Shown: one piece after another, positions 51,401 to 62,710 of the stretch
How positions within the stretch are numbered: the first letter of the stretch is position 1
Layout of the letters: each line of letters starts with the position of its first letter
From: Ophelia neglecta
Taxonomy: Eukaryota
DNA length: 64,000 nucleotides
Assembly (NCBI GenBank): GCA_965285935.1
Contig: OZ260661.1
Coordinates: 94,116,001-94,180,000, forward strand
Reading direction: 5' to 3'
Translations under genes and position numbers: made by a program
Notes under the pieces: model-generated
Told to the model about the DNA's origin: nothing
The model's database searches: none
The model's input: only the letters and a program-made list of their open reading frames with translations

Positions 51401-54222
51401 TACTGCATAAAATCGAAAATTGTGCTTTCAAACATAATTCGCTATCATGACTACTTCGTTATATTGTATATAAATGATTCGCCATTAATGTCAATTTCTT
51501 TCGTATCTATAGTTCGTTTCCATCAAACGAGAGATGATTAATTTCTTAATTGGCCAGTTGCCCGGAACGTAATTAAAGGTCCAACACAGCGATGATAAAA
51601 GAATCTAAATCACTGTGTAGAACTCGACCTTTATTAGTGTGACAAGTTCCAATATTATTTATTTGGTCCGTTCTTTGGTTGTTTTCGCCAGTCATCTTCC
51701 TTTCCCTCATTTATAAATCATAACATGTAATGCGCTGAAGCTGATTATTTGGTCTGCGTGGATTTCTAAGGTTAGTGAACAGCCCGAGATGATTTTACTA
51801 TAATCAATACGCGGCCCCTTCAAGACAGTAATAATGCGTATTGGACAAATACATAGAAATCCTTTTGAGCTGTCACAGGAGCAGAGCCGAGGACCGAGCC
51901 TTCCATTTTGATTAAATTGCCGTCTAGAACGCAGCCTGTTCCATGATCCATCAGTCAAAATGGCTGGCTTTAATTTTTCGGACAGATTTTGTCAGGTGAC
52001 CCGCCCACCGCCGATCTGATTGGCTGGCACGGCCTTACAGGTGAAAAAGGCCACGGACCCAAGATCTTTTCATGAATACATAATCAGAAATCAGCGATTG
52101 AAAAGATCCCGTCACATCGCGGCATGTTTGCGTTCATGCACCGCCCTCTACCAGAGAAGACGACATTAATCTTCTAAAAGCACAGAGACCCTATATGTTC
52201 CCACCCATATTTATCTCCAGACGCTCAATTGGTTACTAAATACATATAGTCACCGACCCTATTGTGATATATAGGCCATATATGGTGTTTCCATATCAAA
52301 TCCAATGTAGGCCTTGATAGGCCTACTATGACTATATAATTATATATATATGGTCATATATCTGAACCGAGTTGCACTAATTTATTCTTCTTAGGGGATT
52401 CATAGATATTACATATATGTGTCGTATATTACTTGTCAAAACTTGTCAAATCCATCATTGGATGCTGCCTTCGCAAGACAAGTTTCGAGGAAATAATTAT
52501 TCTGTATGAAGATTTGGTTCTGACAGCCAACAGGTTATAGATATTTAGCCGTGTAAGATAAATGTGCAGATAGCGTCCCTCTTTTTAAATGGCGTGGTTG
52601 GATTCTCGCTAGCGAGGGGATCCATGTTCCTGTGCAATATTTTTTCAAACGCCAAACGTACACTTTTTGCCATGCTTTGTTTGTCCACGGTTGTGCAATT
52701 TATTTCGTATCGCTATTAGGCTTATGTGTAATGCAAAAAAAAAAAATCTGACAAGTATGGTCTCAAGTATGTACCTACATAGCTAACCCCTTTTGTGAGA
52801 GCCAACTTATTTTTTAATGTTTTTTTCAAAATCTTCCGACAACTGACTGAAAATATCAGTGAAATACCCAGGGTGTGTACGGAGTTGTAAGACAGGTAAA
52901 TACTTGCTTTGCTAATTCCAGTATTCGTCTCGGCATTAAGTGGCCAGCTTTTATAACAGTTTGTCACCAACTGCAAGGTGAGTTACAAAAGTCGGCGGGT
53001 TTGATATGATTTTCTTTTTCTCCCGGCCTATGGTACGAGTACACCCGAGGTCAAGGCTTCATGTCCTGCTTTCTTTACAACTGTCTTGCAGCAGGAAGGT
53101 GGGATGGCTTCCTTCCCTGGTGTTGAATAGGCTTCTATCCTGGTAAAATGCACAGGAAATCGGTGGCCAGTGCCGGCGCTGACAGGCTGGAGATGACAAG
53201 CTTTGTCCTGGCAAGTGTCCGGCGTCCCTTTTCAGACTTCTCATGCAGCAGCCCTATTGTTAGGGCTCACTCGGGCTGGCATACGACCATCAATGACAGG
53301 CCCACTCTAACTGCCATACAAACAGACAAAGCATTGATTTCCATGTATGCATATACAAACATACATCTCAACCCTAAAAATGGTCACAGCGCCTTGTATG
53401 GTCACCACCACTCATTTTACTCTTAGCTGGAGATGTCGGAGAAACTTTCCGGCTTTCTTTGTTGTTAGTGACTAGCATGAGCCTGAAAATATGAACATTT
53501 GAATATTATTACATTATTTCTCTAAGGCATCGTATGTATTAATACTGCCTTTATTTATGGTGAGCACAATCCTAAAAAGTCCCTTGCTCTGAATGTTCGC
53601 TTCAAAAGTATGAGGATCTTTCAATATATGCCTGTATTCATTGCTCAAGACCTTGTATTCAGACAGATCGATCGGTTGACGAATCTCCGGAAATGCGCCA
53701 GGAACATTTATTACTTAGATACAATGATCAATATGTTCCATGTATAACAATATTTTAAATTGACCGCCAACCTCACCCCATACCTCAAAGATATCGACTT
53801 CAGATAGGGAAATTGTGATTTATAGTGATCTATTAATTGGGTGTAGTAATTGCAGCCTATAACAATTAATATAACTAATGGGTTTACGCAAAAAAAATCA
53901 ACCCCATATAGGCCAACCGCGATATAATTTAAATCAAGTAAACAGATAATAATGTATGTGTTTTCGCAGTTAAAATAGTGTGAAAGATGTTCTGTCTCTC
54001 AGGCCACACTTTTATACAGACCCGTGAGAAAGCAAGATTCCTTCATCATGGCAAAGCATTGTAAACCAATACAAGAGCTTCTCGATTAAGATGGGACTTT
54101 TTAATAGAGGATGATGGGAGGCCTAACTGATAAAACTGTGTCGTAGAAAATAAAAGCTTAAACGGGAACACCTTTTTCTGACCAAGTCCTGCAAGTAAAG
54201 GCCTATAGGCCTATATGCGAGT

Positions 54223-54896
54223 TAGACAAGGTACGCGTGTCCGATTCATAATTTACTGACTTATCGGTAATATTTGTTGTGTTTTTGCCCTAGAGACATG
54301 GAAGAAAATATCTGCATTGCGCTTTGGAAACCAAACTTTGCCACCTACCGAAAATTAAGGCGTTATTTCTACGGCGCTATCTTATATATATATTTATATA
54401 TGTGCACAAATAAACAATCGATTCGTCTTAGTCGATTCAGTTTTTAAACATTCAGATCTTTATACAATTAGAGATGTTTGACCGAATTTAAAAGGCTGTC
54501 ACCGTTTAAATATTGCAGGTCTGGCCAGTGGGCTCTCTAAACGGCGGAGGTGATTGCGCAGCCGTTTGTATCTAGTGGCGGTTTTATGAAAGTGCATGCG
54601 GCCGCACAGACAGGTCCGACGTATAGTCCGTACCGGCGATATTCGCTACTTGTAGGTGCAAATTGATAACTGAATAGACCACGATGAATCGTTCGTTTAT
54701 TTGTTTATGCAGTCCTTTACATCTGCCAAGTATGTAGCGACGTCGAAGTAGCTCCTTTTTCGGTAAGTGGCAAAAGTTCGGCTTTTGAAGCGCAATGCAG
54801 ATAATTCGTCCCATATCTCTGTGGTCCAAAACAAAACACACATTACCGATATATTAGTTAACGGTAATAATGGCCCAGAGACATGTACCTTGTCTA
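54223..54896. mobile_element. Fold-back element, 674 bp, with ~220-bp imperfect terminal inverted repeats
   Basis: Termini TAGACAAGGTAC...GTACCTTGTCTA. Arms 54223-~54445 and ~54665-54896 align in reverse complement (e.g. TATCTGCATTGCGCTT / AAGCGCAATGCAGATA; TTTGCCACCTACCGAAAA / TTTTCGGTAAGTGGCAAA). Confidence 0.85.
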
Positions 54897-57800
54897 TATA
54901 CAAGTTTACCTAACAAACACAAAACCCAGCTAAAACAGTGCCGTGGCCATGTCTTGGTCTAGCATTAAGCACGCAGGCATTCGAGGTGACAAGGAAAGCG
55001 TCTTCCATGCTCCATCTGCACGGCTTTCCAGGGGTGTTTAGCGTCTTACCGACTGTACTATTATCCTGGAAGCTTAATAATTCGTCTAGCCTACATTTAC
55101 ACTCCCGTTGGCCCTGCGGCATACCCCACTGTCAAACTATTAAATCAACGTTTAACTGATCAGGAGATGCATGCCCTCTCGACTGTCAACGAAAATGATG
55201 ACAATTCTTGCCCACGCGCCATTCGGGTTGAGTATAAGGTAAATTGATCTGCCTTTTCGTTTATTCTCCAACCCTTTCCGATGCATTCAGGTTTCACTAG
55301 TCTATGTCAAAGAAGAAATTATACAAAAGAGCAACATGGTTGATATGCCATTATTTAGAAGACAACCAGGCGAAGTGTAGCCATGCTCATGGCTCGATTC
55401 TAGAGCCCGCTGTTCGCAACCACGTGTGCGCGAGTGCAGGCTATTTAGCACGGCTCCAAAGCCCGAGACCCAGGTGTACCCTTTGTCCCTAGGGCACACA
55501 GGTCGGCCTGACGGGCACAGCACGCCCAACCATCGCTAATCCCCGCAAAATTGCCGCAATTTGCCTCACGCGACTGCCCAAGTCGGCCTGGTCGGGCGGG
55601 AAAAATGAGCTCGGGTGGAACTTACCGAACAACGTACGTGATGCAAACAAGACAAACAACTGAAATGATTGTGTAACGCTTGATGTAGAAAGTCCAGGCA
55701 GCGGTTTGCCAACATTCTGAAATGAAGTGAAATAAGGTTAAAACAACGCCTTGTACTGTAGGCCTACAGCCAAAGCATCTTTATCAATCAATTGAAATAT
55801 ATTGTATTCTGAAGATTACACATTAGAAAAGAAGCATACAAATATCAGATGTGATATGTTCCCAAAGATAAACAGCAAAAAAAGAGTGAACATTTCTTAA
55901 GTTGTCAAGGACTTTTGCAGCAGCATGTACGAAAAAGCTATGCTCCCAATTAATTAAATGTTGCCAGCAAGTTCTAGGCCTAGGAGCGATTGAGAGAATA
56001 GATAGTCCCTAGTGGCTGAAATCAGTACCCTTATTAACGGTAGCTTCTTGCGACATGTGATAAAAGCCCTACTACGCCAATTACAAGGCATATAACGGCA
56101 GATTAATATGGCCAGCGTATACAAATATCCGGCTATCCCCTGTGATCCCTCACCTCACACCGTGGTCGCCACTGCTGTCAGATGACACGCGATTTTCCCC
56201 CCACAAGAGCGGCGTCCCTCCTGGGTGACCTACCAAGGTCATCCTCCCAGATTACAGCGTAATCATATTAACATAAACCGCTGATGAGACCCAATTAAAA
56301 GCCAATTAATATTCCCGTTCAGGTGTTATTCTCTGATATTCCTATGGCCGGCAGTAAATTAACAACAACGTCCATATGATGCTGCCACCAGACCACCACC
56401 AGCCATTACCGCGTCCCTCCTGCAGCCCGCAGAAGACGCCATCGAGTGTTCAGCCTGCTTCGGGCCAACCGGTCGACTCTCGACCCCCATTCCTCGCTGC
56501 AACACGCCTGATTTAAACCACTCTCGCCCCTTCTTGATGGAATTCACTTTGACAAATGTCGGATAAAATTGTGAAGATGGCGGCAATAGTTTTTCAGCAA
56601 TTATTACGAGTTAGCCAACGGGCTCGGGTAAGAAACTCGGGTTGGTTGTGTTGAAGCCCCAGGCTACACACTTTACTGCCGACTAAGTAATTAATTAGGC
56701 ACTGGCGTTAAGAAATCACGCTATTAAGGAGGCATTGTTTCAGGAAATAATAAACTTAGTTTGATACCTTCCTGTGCCAAACGAACGGGCGGTGGGAAGC
56801 ACGGGCGGAAGGCGGCAATTCTGCGGCCACCTGGCGAGACGCAGGTGTAATAACAATGTATATGGAGGCTGGCCCGAACAGTATAGGCATATACCGACTT
56901 ATCTACAAGCTCCTACACTGTAAAGAATATCCAAGCAGACGGTAAAATAACTGGGTAGGCCGAAATCCGCACAACGACATATTTCGTTGAACTTGTCAGA
57001 CTAAAGCTAAAACAAACTATTACTAAAGGATTGGGGGGGGGGGGGTATATTAAGCCTATATGTCAAATTCCGATAAGCCTTGTTTTTAAATTTTCTGAAC
57101 TTATTAAAAGGAGATTTATGTTAGAGCGAACTGACTGAACAGCCTATAGGCCTATGCGAAAAAAAAGGTTTAAGAAACGTACAAACGTTATAGATCTTAC
57201 GGGTGATGGATTCCTTCGGGATAATATTAACATCTCAGCCTGTTTTCTTCTAGAGTTCCGGGTAGACACATTTCAGATATTTACATTAAGGCCTATACCT
57301 TTCGCGATGAACCATTGAAATGAATACATATAGCAGAACTCGTTATGTGTCCATGTCACATTTATTCATCACGGATTCGATATCCCCAATAAATGTACCT
57401 TAGAGGTGTCATTCAGATCATGCACTTGATGGCATGTGGGCGATATCTAGCCCGAACTGCTCTTTGTTGGTTGAAATATTCTGCAGATGGCAGCACAATA
57501 TGGGTAGTTAACAGTGTTGAGGCAATCCATATTAAGCTTGTCCCGGACAACATGTGAAGGTTAGGCAATGCTATGATATCTCTGCAGATGCAATACCGGT
57601 GCATCGCACATAAAGTGTACTTTAATATAGAAGAAAAAATATTGGTAGGGCTTATTGTACCTTTCTATAATTTTTAATCAGTGTCTGTCATCGAAGTATA
57701 TAAGATGAGGTACTCGGTATGTTTACCACAGTGACTGTATTATACATGATCGCGTTTGTACTTCTATACAGCTTTGCCTTACCCTTAACTAAGCAACCTT

Positions 57801-59699
57801 TACCGCATTTACAGAAATTCGTGAAAAATGATAAGGGCCTACAGCCCAACTAGGCTTAGCGAATTTATGATCTTTAGATCTAACTGTAATTTCATGCCCA
57901 TTTTGTTGTGACTCCAGCGTGTCGTCTTTTCAGGCCTATTATTAATTTCACCACAGATTACGTGAAGGTTTATTGCATAAACATTTTTCAATGGTCTCGC
58001 CGAAGAGTTATCTACATAATTCCGACCTGCTCCGAAACATGCTCAGAATATAAACATAAAATATCTAGCCAAATATTTTCACCAGCTTTAAATAAAAGGT
58101 GAACTGATAATGCAACCTTTTAATTCTAACAAGCCATTCTTTTGAATATGCGTACATTTTAGCAGGCCCATTCACGCGTACATCTACATTTTTCGATACC
58201 AAATTCGGGTAAAAAAAAGTTGGTGACACGCGGGAGCTAGGCGATTCATTAGTAAAGCGATCACTTAATCCATTGGAAATAATTCTAGCTCAGCCAGATT
58301 TGACCGCGCTGTTTTTCAAGCAATTTTTCTCCAGACAGTATGATGCATGTTGCGTTATTTCAGAGGACCATACTCAAAGCATTTTGACAAAATTAAATCT
58401 TTTGTAGACCTACCTGCTACAATTGATATTTTTACACGGTTCCTCAGTACTGCTGCTGAAATTAGGTCACCACAAGCACTTTGGTAATGACTTACAGGAC
58501 TATGTAACTATATTTGCTGTGCGATTTAAACATTGTTAAAGCTATATTAAATATCTGCATTGCAGAAGGCTTATCGAAGTCTTCTGAAATTCACGGGTAA
58601 TTCACTTCTGATAATAATATTAGACTAAAAATGACTAGCAAGAAGCAATATTAGGAAAAGGAAGCTCCATACCTTTTCTTCATTCTCCTCTGTCCTACAG
58701 GCTTGTCATTTTCCAAACTTATTTTAAAAAAATGTATAGGGCCTAAGACAGAATGTGAACAAACACTTGCTTATTGGACCTAGGTCTATAATGTTAAGAA
58801 AATATGCATAATCAACAATGACTGAGGCATGTAGGCCCACACATTCCCCAGGGATACTGCCGATTTGAATTCGTAAAAAATACATAAACTCTGAGCATAA
58901 TAGCAAGTTCACCATTAACGTTCGGGTATTATTTCAGACCAACTCTGAAACTATTTTTACTGTTACAATAATTGATGCGGGGTCTCCACGCATTGAGAGG
59001 CGATACGCATTTCCAACTTTTTTTTATATAAAATGAGTGCCCTATCGAATACTGCTGCTTGCGTTACGTTGATTGTTCGGTAAAGCAGGTGAACTTTCGA
59101 TGATTCCATCAGAGATTTGACAGATAAAGTAGCCAGGTACCATGATAGGTAATCGGGGAGGATGATTGCCCGACGCCGGTCCGTCTTTGATGACCGATGA
59201 TTGACGCGGTCGTGTGCCGCGTCTATAACGCGTCCACTCAAAACCGCGACGTCACGCGACGGACGCTGACATCATGCGATTAAGATGTAACCTGATGGCA
59301 ATCAACGGAAATATCATCTCTTCGGGTCAGTATTAAAATGGCACGGACACAACCTGAATTTAACCATTATCAGAATCTGGCAAACAAATCAAAATTAACA
59401 TGTCGCTCTTTTCCATAATCCTTGTCCATCGGACGCTAATTGGGAATACTTCCTGCTTTGTTAACCTAAGTTATGACATCGAGCAACAAAAAAATGGACA
59501 CAACAAGCGGGTTGTCACGAATGCAATATGCAACAGAGCATTTTGGGTGCATCTGTTTGATCAGTGCCTGAGAGTCAAGGCGTTTCTGCGCTGATCACGA
59601 TCAGTAGTGCATGAGTTTCAGCATATTAACAGTAGTATAACATAGTCCATTTTTATAGAGTTATTATGTCTATAGATATATAGGCTTGGTCTATATATC

Positions 59700-60080
59700 T
59701 GTGGGGGATGGGGGTAACTAGGTCCAGTTTTAATGGTGTGTGCCTCTGGGATTTGAAAACCAGACGCGTTTATGTAATACATAGACCCATACATTTAAAT
59801 AAGAGGCAAAAAAATCGACCCTTTCAATATCGAAAGAAAAGTGATGTAAGCAGCGATACACAATTCAAAAACAAAATATTCATGAATCTAAGTTCTTTTG
59901 TTTTACTTCTCCCTTTCAATGAAAAAAAGCTTTGGTGGGACCATTAGCTGCCTTTACTGTCAAATAATCTTGAAAACTCATGTTCAGTAAGAAGAGTTTA
60001 AAAATGAACCCCATACATGTAAATTTTTACTATGAAAAAAAGCCTACCGATGTAAGCAGCGCATGGTGGTAATGGGGGTT
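59700..60080. mobile_element. Possible decayed MITE of the same general type as 45185-45696
   Basis: G-run start, repeated (A)nNGACCC/ACCCAT motifs and a duplicated GATGTAAGCAGCG. Termini are unclear. Confidence 0.3.
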
Positions 60081-60489
60081 ATATCCTCATCCTTTGTTTG
60101 GTAAGGCACGGTATGTTATACAATAAATCATTTGGGTGCAGTACTTTTTGGCGAGATGAGCGCAAAAATAAAAATTGATCAACTTGGTCGTGCTCAACTT
60201 CCCCTCGATAGCCAAATTTCCAGGTATCAAAACATCCTGCAGCGAATTTCACCAAAATTTCAAGCCAGAAAATTGTTCTGGTTTAAAATAGGTCTATAAA
60301 AATGAACATATACAATGAAGACCCTCCATCAACATCATTTTCATTGGGCTGGAGGCCGCGATCCAGTCAATTAATTCCTGTTATTTTAGCCAGCTAAACG
60401 ACTGTTCAAAATGGAAAGATATTTACTGGTCGTATCCTCTCTGTTAGTTCATTCTAAAAAGGCACATATTTCTAATGTTAGTCTCCAGC

Positions 60490-61335
60490 AGCAGCAAGAC
60501 GGGAGGGATCGTGGCCGATGGAAGATATGGGATCTCGGCCGATCGTGGTCGCTGCAGGAGACGGGAGAGTGGCAGAAAGAGGAGACTGGATCGTGTTCGA
60601 TAGAGGAGAACGAAGCGTGGCTGTTGGAGGAAACTGGAGCGTGGCCAAAAGAAGAGAAGGTATATATATATGGAGGTAACAGAGTCTTGGCCGATGGAGG
60701 AAACGGGACCTTGGCATGTGGAGGATATCAGTTTGCTGCCGATGGAGGAGACAGGGTTGTGTTCGATGGAGGGAGGAGACGGGAGCGTTGCTGTTGCAGG
60801 AGACGGAATTTTGGTCGATGGAGGAGACGAGATCGTGGTCGATAGAGCAGACGGGATCTTGGGCGATTGAGGGGACGGGATCGTGGTCTTTGGAGGCGTC
60901 AGGATTGTGGCCGATGAAGAAATCGGGGGCGTGGTTCATGGAGGAGACGGGATCGTGGCCGATGCCGGAAATGAGACCGTGGACGGTGGAGGAGACGGGA
61001 GTGTGACAGTTGGAGGAGACTGGAATGGAATGGAGGAGAGAGGAGCGTGGCCGCTGGAGGAGACGGGAGCGTGGCCGAAAGAGGAAACGGGATCTTGGCC
61101 GATGGAGGAAACGGCATATTAGCCGATGTAGGAAAGGGGATCGTGGCCTATGGAGGAGACTAGTTTGCGGCCGATTGAGGAGACCCGGTCGTGCTCGATG
61201 GAGGAGTTTGGAGCGCGGTTGTCGGAGGAGACGTGATCGTTTTCACGGGGTCGTGGCGGATTGAGGAGACGCGATCGAGGCGGATGAAGGAGGTGGGGGA
61301 GGGGGGGGGGGTGGCAGGTCAATATAGGAGACGGG
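60490..61335. repeat. Degenerate 24-bp minisatellite, consensus GGAGGAGACGGGATCGTGGCCGAT, ~35 units
   Basis: Periodicity is directly visible. It generates the repetitive EETGSWPM-type ORFs in the track. Confidence 0.92.
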
Positions 61336-62199
61336 ACCATACTATAAAAAAAATTATAGCCAGTTTACAATTTTCAAATACTATAACTTTAGTTAAATAA
61401 AGTTTGTTATCGTATGTGATAGAGAAGGCTGTGCTGAATTATTTCTCGCAACAAAAACTTGTGTACTAGAAATGGAGAGGAGAGGAGAGGGAACAGAACT
61501 TGCACTCCACGTAACTTGAATCAGCACGTTTATTTTTATTGCAAATAATATATTAAATATAATTATTCCCTACTTTTCCATTAAGTTGTCTTCATTATTT
61601 TCATTTTCATGATTACTATTTGTATCTTAAACGTTACAAGTTGTGGCCTTTTATTTATTGATCTTGTGACAATAATTGTTTTTTAATTATAAATGATGAA
61701 TTGAATCTCAGTTGTATAATTGATCATTTCATCTGACCCTCGATAACGTCATCTCATTATGTAACTTTTGAGTTGCAGGTTTGCTTCTTTGAAGATAAAC
61801 TATAAGTTATTTGCTGATGGGTTTTTTCTCATTTCTTCTTTTCACGACCCAATCACAAAGATCGAGACGAATTGAGAATCACGGCAGTCTGAAAATACTT
61901 CTCCCCCGTTACTGGAGAGAATACTATGTTTAGGGGCATCGCATTGTGTGCGTTTTATCCTAAAACTGCTAAAGATTCAATAAAATAGTGTCAAAGCAAA
62001 GCCAAATTAGTCACGTCTTTTTGTCCCCATTTCTAAATAGTCAATTACGTCTTGTCTGGATGACCCGCATGGTTCCAATTTTTGAAAATAAAATTCCATC
62101 TGCTTTTTCGTGATAGCAATCTGACAGTTTTCCTAGCAGGCTTAAAATGCAGTCAGCATGCCTCTGCTCGAGGAAGCAACTTTCAGAAAAGATCGCAGA

Positions 62200-62710
62200 C
62201 TTTTATGTCTCAAACCTATCATTTTATCGCGGATAAAATAAAAATAATGTGTTGTTTCACTATACGACAGGCACAACATATGACAGCACCCGATTCGGAA
62301 GAACTTCTACAATCCGGTCACAAAGACAGAGTGTCGAGACAGGGCTTTGTGCGAACGTAAAAGTTGATATTGTGCACAGCTTGTATAGGAAAAAAACATG
62401 CTCTGGTGTTTTTAATGCTTGTCTGCCACATTCGATAGTTTACCACACTCTTCTTCTAGATCTTCTTCTGGCAAGACAGTAATAGGCAAGCACCAATCCA
62501 GATTATTGGTTCAGGTCGTGTCTGGTGGACCCTCTACGCAAGAAACAACAAGTACGAGTAGCCTCGGAAGTTTCAGATCACTTCCTATTGTTATGTGGTG
62601 TGCCGCAGGGTAGTATCATTTGCACCATTCTATTTTCAATATACGCTTTATATTTCCATTGGGTAGCACTACGGGATCTCATAGTTATATTCGCATTTGA
62701 TGCCTGAAAT
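62200..62710 (+). mobile_element. Frameshifted reverse-transcriptase remnant of an L2/CR1-group LINE
   Basis: Collinear RT motifs across frames: VSNLSF, LQSGH...SVETGL...DI, LSATFDS..HTLLLD, QQVRV....S......GVPQGSIICTILFSIY, and a decayed YADD equivalent (IFAFDA). Confidence 0.85.

Noticed and set aside
52922-52983. Possible 56-nt exon (TTCCAG ... AAG|GTGAGT)
   Set aside because: Isolated, with no recognisable peptide or partner exons. Such pairs arise by chance.
60411-61400. Repeat-protein gene from the EETGSW ORFs
   Set aside because: Frequent frameshifts and stops. Explained by the minisatellite.
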